From: an uncultured archaeon | Lineage (GTDB): Archaea; Iainarchaeota; Iainarchaeia; Iainarchaeales; Iainarchaeaceae | NCBI GenBank assembly: GCA_964577555.1 | Contig: CAZNZM010000007.1 | Coordinates: forward strand, 1-32,000 | Reading direction: 5' to 3' | Length of the DNA stretch: 32,000 nt | Part shown: positions 27,923-32,000 of the stretch, piece by piece | Layout: every line of letters starts with the position of its first letter | Position numbering within the stretch: the first letter of the stretch is position 1 | Notes under the pieces: model-generated | The model's database searches: none | What the model was told of the DNA's origin: nothing | The model's input: only the letters and a program-made list of their open reading frames with translations | Made by a program: the position numbers and the translations under genes

Positions 27923-28876
27923 TCAAAGCTTTTTCATTTCATCGATCGCTTTCTTGGCAATAGATTCTGCATCCATGCCGTATTTTTTCAACAAATCAAA
28001 AGGTTTTCCAGATTCGCCAAAAGAATCTTTTAACCCAACTCTCACAAGTTTTGCACTAATGCCTTTTTCCGCAATTGCTTCAGCAACAGCGCTTCCCAAA
28101 CCATTAATGACTCCATCTTCGATTGTAAACACCAACCCCTTATTTGCCTCTTTTTCAACGGCTTTAACGTCCAGTGGCTTGATCGAGGCACAATTAAGCA
28201 CTGAAGCCGATATGCCGCTTTTTGCAAGAATATATGCGGCTTTTAATGCTTCTGGAACAAGCGAGCCGCAAGAAACAAAAGCAATGTCATTTCCATCTTT
28301 TAACAATTCGGCTTTTCCAAATTTGAAGTCCGACGCTTTTTCGTGCAGAACTTCCGTTTTTTCCCTTGCAGTCCTCATAAATATTGGCCCTTTTGTTTCA
28401 TACATCGCATTAGTGCATGCAACAGCTTCATAATAATCAGAAGGCGTGCATACTTTGAGATTAGGAATGCACCTTGCAACAGCCAAATCAAAAACCGATT
28501 GCCCTGTCGGACCGTCTTGACCAGTCAATAAACCTCCATGGCTTCCAACAAGCTTTACATTTGTTTCAGAATATGCAACACTTATTTTAATCTGGTCAAG
28601 GCTTCTGTTCAAAAGAAAACTCGCAAAGGAACTTACAAATGGCACTTTACCGCAACGAGCAAGCCCCGCAGCTGTTGAAACCATGTCAGCCTCGGAAATT
28701 CCAATGTATTTGAATCTTTCAGGAAATTTTTTTCCAAAAACAATGGATTTAGTGCTCTTGGCAAGATCGGCATCCATGACAACAATCTCTTCATGCTTTT
28801 CACCCAATTCACACAAAGCATCGCCATAACCATCTCTTGTAGCAACCTTGTCGCCAATCTTGTATTTTGCAATCAT
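27923..28876 (-). CDS. Transketolase, C-terminal (pyrimidine-binding) subunit
   Basis: 317 aa. GISEADMVSTAAGLA and the C-terminal transketolase domain. ATGA overlap with the N-terminal subunit gene. Confidence 0.93.
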   Translation of the reverse strand: MIAKYKIGDKVATRDGYGDALCELGEKHEEIVVMDADLAKSTKSIVFGKKFPERFKYIGISEADMVSTAAGLARCGKVPFVSSFASFLLNRSLDQIKISVAYSETNVKLVGSHGGLLTGQDGPTGQSVFDLAVARCIPNLKVCTPSDYYEAVACTNAMYETKGPIFMRTAREKTEVLHEKASDFKFGKAELLKDGNDIAFVSCGSLVPEALKAAYILAKSGISASVLNCASIKPLDVKAVEKEANKGLVFTIEDGVINGLGSAVAEAIAEKGISAKLVRVGLKDSFGESGKPFDLLKKYGMDAESIAKKAIDEMKKL

Positions 28877-29703
28877 TCCTGATCAAGCTCCTTTAATGCT
28901 TTCAAATATTCATCTTTTGTCAAGGCTTTGCCATGCCAATCAGGATTGTTTTCAATAAAACTTACTCCCTTGCCCTTGACAGTTTTAGCAATCAAAGCAG
29001 TTGGCACCGCATCAATTTTAGCTTCTTCCAAAGCACTTACAAGCTCTTTAATATCATGCCCATAGCATTTAATTACTCTCCAACCAAAAGCTTCAAGCTT
29101 TTTGTCCAAAGGTTCAGGGTCTTTTGTATCCTTGACCCAACCATCATTTTGCAATCCGTTTCTGTCAATTATTATTGTAACATTATCAAGCTCGAATTGT
29201 TTTGTAGTCCAAAGAGACTCCCAAACCTGGCCCTCTTGCAACTCCCCATCCCCAAAAAGCACAAAAACATGATAATTTTTTTTATCCAATTTTCCAGCCC
29301 AAGCCATTCCATTGCCAACGCTTAAACCAGTGCCAAGACTGCCTGTTGAAATCTCAACACCAGGAGTGCCAATATTATGCGGATGCCCCTGAAGCATCCT
29401 TCCAACAGCCCTCAAACCATCGTATTCCTTTTTAGAAAAATAACCACATTGTCCAAGAACTGCATATAAAGCAGGAGCAGCATGCCCCTTGCTCATAATA
29501 AACCTGTCCCTTTCAGGCCATTCAGGATTTTTCGGATCATGCCTCATGACTTTAAAATAAAGTGCAACCAATATTTCAACACACGAAAAACTTGAAGTAG
29601 GGTGCCCAGATTCGGCATTAGTAGTCATATACAAAATATCCTTCCGCATTTCTTTTGCAATTTTATACAAATCAATATTTTTAGTCATAAAACCACTTTT
29701 CAT
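28873..29703 (-). CDS. Transketolase, N-terminal (TPP-binding) subunit
   Basis: 276 aa. SKGHAAPALYAV and the GDGELQEGQVWE TPP motif. Confidence 0.93.
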   Translation of the reverse strand: MKSGFMTKNIDLYKIAKEMRKDILYMTTNAESGHPTSSFSCVEILVALYFKVMRHDPKNPEWPERDRFIMSKGHAAPALYAVLGQCGYFSKKEYDGLRAVGRMLQGHPHNIGTPGVEISTGSLGTGLSVGNGMAWAGKLDKKNYHVFVLFGDGELQEGQVWESLWTTKQFELDNVTIIIDRNGLQNDGWVKDTKDPEPLDKKLEAFGWRVIKCYGHDIKELVSALEEAKIDAVPTALIAKTVKGKGVSFIENNPDWHGKALTKDEYLKALKELDQE

Positions 29704-29746
29704 TAAAAGATATTAAATATTTATAAACCAACTATAAATTATTTTC

Positions 29747-31141
29747 ATGGAAGTAAAGTTTAACAAGTCAATTTTTATTTTCAGACGAGACTTAAGAATT
29801 GTTGACAATACCGCCCTCGTTGAAGCAACCGAAAAATCCAATGTTGTTTTGCCTTGCTTCATATTTGACCTGCAACAAATTGCAAAAAATGAATATTTCA
29901 GCCCAAAAGCATTCAGATTCATGTTGGAATCCTTGCTTGAATTAAAAGAAGAAATTTCAAAAAAGGGCGGAAAATTATCTTTTTATCAAGGCAAGCCAGA
30001 AGACATTGTAAAAAAAATCATAGAAAAAGAAAAACCCAAAGCGCTTTTTGCAAACAAAGATTATACGCCTTTCAGCACAAGCAGAGACGAAAAAATAGAA
30101 AAAATTTGCAAAAATCATGGAATTAGGTTTTATTCATATCACGATATTTTGCTAAGCCCGCCTGAAAAAAATTTGAAACATGACGGCACTCCATATACGA
30201 TTTTCACGGCATATTACAAAAATGCGAAAAAAAACCCCGTAAAAAAACCATTATCTCTTGAGACATCAAATTATTCAAATCACAAAATGGAAGGAAGCGA
30301 TGACAATATTCTATTTGAACTGCTTTCAAAATACCCTGCAAACAAATTTTTGCAAGGCGGAAGAAAAGCAGGGCTTGAAAAACTAAAAAACGCAAAAAAA
30401 CTTGTTGATTACGATAAAGTACGTGATTTTCCTGAAATTTCAGGAACTTCAGGACTCTCACCCCATTTAAAATTTGGAACAATTTCAATAAGAGAAGTTT
30501 ATTGGGGCATAAGAGACTCATTGACACAATTTCATCCTTTAATAAGGCAACTTTATTGGCGAGACTTTTTCACAAACATTGCATTTTATTACCCGCACGT
30601 TTTCGGAGCACCATTCAAAAACAAGTATAAAAGAATAATATGGGACAATAATGGAAAAAAATTTGAGGCATGGAAAAAAGGACTCACAGGGTTTCCTATT
30701 GTTGATGCAGGAATGCGTGAATTAAACGAAACAGGCATAATGCATAACAGGGTCAGAATGATAACAGCTTCTTTTTTGGTAAAAGATCTGCACATAGATT
30801 GGCGGCTTGGAGAAAAATACTTTGCACAAAAACTTGCAGATTACGATCCATGCATAAATAATGGGAATTGGCAATGGGTTGCATCAACAGGCTGCGACGC
30901 CCAACCATACTTTAGAATATTCAACCCATGGTTACAACAAAAAAAGTTTGATCCAAATTGCACTTATATCAAAAAATGGGTGCCAGAGCTAAAAAACCTT
31001 GACCCAAAAACAATTCACTCATTATGGCTTGATTTTCCAAAAGACCTCAACTATCCTAAACCAATTGTTTTCCACGACAAAGAAGCAAAAAAATCAAAAG
31101 AAAATTATTTTTCAGCCATGAAAAATCAAGAAACCTTTTAA
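29747..31141 (+). CDS. phr: Deoxyribodipyrimidine photolyase / cryptochrome family protein
   Basis: 464 aa. N-terminal IFRRDLRIVDN and the FAD-binding signature DYDPCINNGNWQWVASTGCDAQPYFRIFNP. Confidence 0.92.
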   Translation: MEVKFNKSIFIFRRDLRIVDNTALVEATEKSNVVLPCFIFDLQQIAKNEYFSPKAFRFMLESLLELKEEISKKGGKLSFYQGKPEDIVKKIIEKEKPKALFANKDYTPFSTSRDEKIEKICKNHGIRFYSYHDILLSPPEKNLKHDGTPYTIFTAYYKNAKKNPVKKPLSLETSNYSNHKMEGSDDNILFELLSKYPANKFLQGGRKAGLEKLKNAKKLVDYDKVRDFPEISGTSGLSPHLKFGTISIREVYWGIRDSLTQFHPLIRQLYWRDFFTNIAFYYPHVFGAPFKNKYKRIIWDNNGKKFEAWKKGLTGFPIVDAGMRELNETGIMHNRVRMITASFLVKDLHIDWRLGEKYFAQKLADYDPCINNGNWQWVASTGCDAQPYFRIFNPWLQQKKFDPNCTYIKKWVPELKNLDPKTIHSLWLDFPKDLNYPKPIVFHDKEAKKSKENYFSAMKNQETF

Positions 31142-31587
31142 TTCCCGTTTTTTGAAACTTTGCCCTTTGTTTGGCTGTATTTTTCAGGATAATTCTCCTG
31201 AAAAATTTTTTTTACAACAAGAATGACAAGAATAATTATTGTTGAAACAATTCCAAGCCCATAATACCCAAATCCTATTGCCATTCCAATAGATGCAATA
31301 ACCCACAAATCAGCAGCCGTAGTAAGGCCTCTTATCTTATTATTGTCTTTGAAAATAGTGCCTGCGCCAAGAAAACCAATCCCTGTAACAATGCCTGCCG
31401 CAATCCTCGTAGGATCACCATTATAAGAAGAATAAAGCGAAACAATAGTAAATAAAGTCGCGCCAATACAAACCAGCATGTGAGTTCTCAAACCTGCCGC
31501 TTCCTGGTCAAGCTCTCTTTGTAACCCTATAAGCCCGCCAAGTATTGCCGCAATTATGATTTTTATTATTGCCTCATACTCAAGCAT
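31138..31587 (-). CDS. mgtC: MgtC/SapB-family membrane protein
   Basis: 149 aa. GLRTHMLVCIGATLFT and ITGIGFLGAGTI blocks. Its stop overlaps the phr stop (convergent, TTAA). Confidence 0.88.
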   Translation of the reverse strand: MLEYEAIIKIIIAAILGGLIGLQRELDQEAAGLRTHMLVCIGATLFTIVSLYSSYNGDPTRIAAGIVTGIGFLGAGTIFKDNNKIRGLTTAADLWVIASIGMAIGFGYYGLGIVSTIIILVILVVKKIFQENYPEKYSQTKGKVSKNGN

Positions 31588-31899
31588 TTTTTAAATATAG
31601 TAAAACTTATATAAAGGCTTTTTGCAACAGCAAAAAACTTTGCACATCCCCATGCATTTTTACAGGCAATGAATGTGAAAGACAATAATTTAATTTGTTA
31701 GGGTAGAATATTGCGTTTTTATGGTCGCCAGCCTAACAGGATATTGTATTTGCTTTTTTGCAGGCGTAAACTACTATAATTTGAATCATCAATTCAAGAG
31801 AGTACGCCTATATTAAACCAACTTAATCAGTTGCCAACGCCAAAACTTTTCTAAACAAAAATATTTTATTATAGAAAAAGCAAAAATTATTCGATTATA

Positions 31900-32000
31900 A
31901 TGGTTAAACATCTTGTTAACTATTTTTTATTAAAAGTCGCTAAACGTGGAAGGACTAAAAGTGGAGTCTCTGATGGGAATAAGCCCTCAAAGAAACCAGT
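31900..32000 (+). CDS. Possible 5' end of an ORF running off the window (MVKHLVNYFLLKVAKRGRTKSGVSDGNKPSKKP...)
   Basis: An ATG at 31900 is followed by 33 open codons to the window edge. This is too short to judge. Confidence 0.2.
   Translation, partial: MVKHLVNYFLLKVAKRGRTKSGVSDGNKPSKKP

Noticed and set aside
31138-31141. Overlapping convergent stops of phr and mgtC (TTAA), and the ATGA overlaps of thyX/hydrolase, tkt-N/tkt-C and carA/carB
   Set aside because: These are common consequences of genome compaction and translational coupling. They are worth noting but not unusual.

Overview
This is an AT-rich, gene-dense chromosomal segment that reads as archaeal, probably from a small-genome DPANN-type lineage. 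That assignment is an inference from several features: a Methanocaldococcus-like TyrRS, a RibL-type FAD synthase, an intron-containing tRNA-Trp, a split transketolase, TATA-like boxes 20-45 nt upstream of start codons, and oligo-T terminators.

Most of the window is housekeeping. It holds long-form thyX, guaB, ribL, tyrS, cysS, carA/carB, gdhA, the two transketolase halves, a photolyase, a short ogt, a CxxC thioredoxin-fold protein and a histidine phosphatase. Transport genes are a VIT1/CCC1 transporter, a CPA2 antiporter with an RCK domain, and mgtC. Three gene pairs overlap by ATGA: thyX/hydrolase, tkt-N/tkt-C and carA/carB.

The accessory or unknown content is:
- a 1450-aa multi-domain surface protein
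- two exported lipobox proteins
- a ferric-reductase-like membrane protein followed by an unknown 102-aa ORF
- a zinc-ribbon protein with an acidic tail
- an orphan 332-aa basic protein
- two tiny Pro/Lys-rich ORFs

I found no CRISPR array, transposase, integrase, reverse transcriptase or recognisable defence gene. I cannot demonstrate a coherent multi-gene novel system from sequence alone.

The most unusual signals, in rough order:
1. Two long homopolymer-tract arrays: an oligo-T array at 1-457 with G[T/C]GAGCC punctuation, and an oligo-A region at 18891-19335 with TGGCT punctuation.
2. The orphan gene at 19336-20334, immediately downstream of the A-rich region.
3. The giant surface protein, which looks like two fused exported modules.
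4. A tRNA-Trp whose 3' end lies 5 nt from the ogt start codon.
5. A shared TGCTGTTGCAAA promoter-proximal motif.
6. Two short tandem duplications in intergenic DNA.
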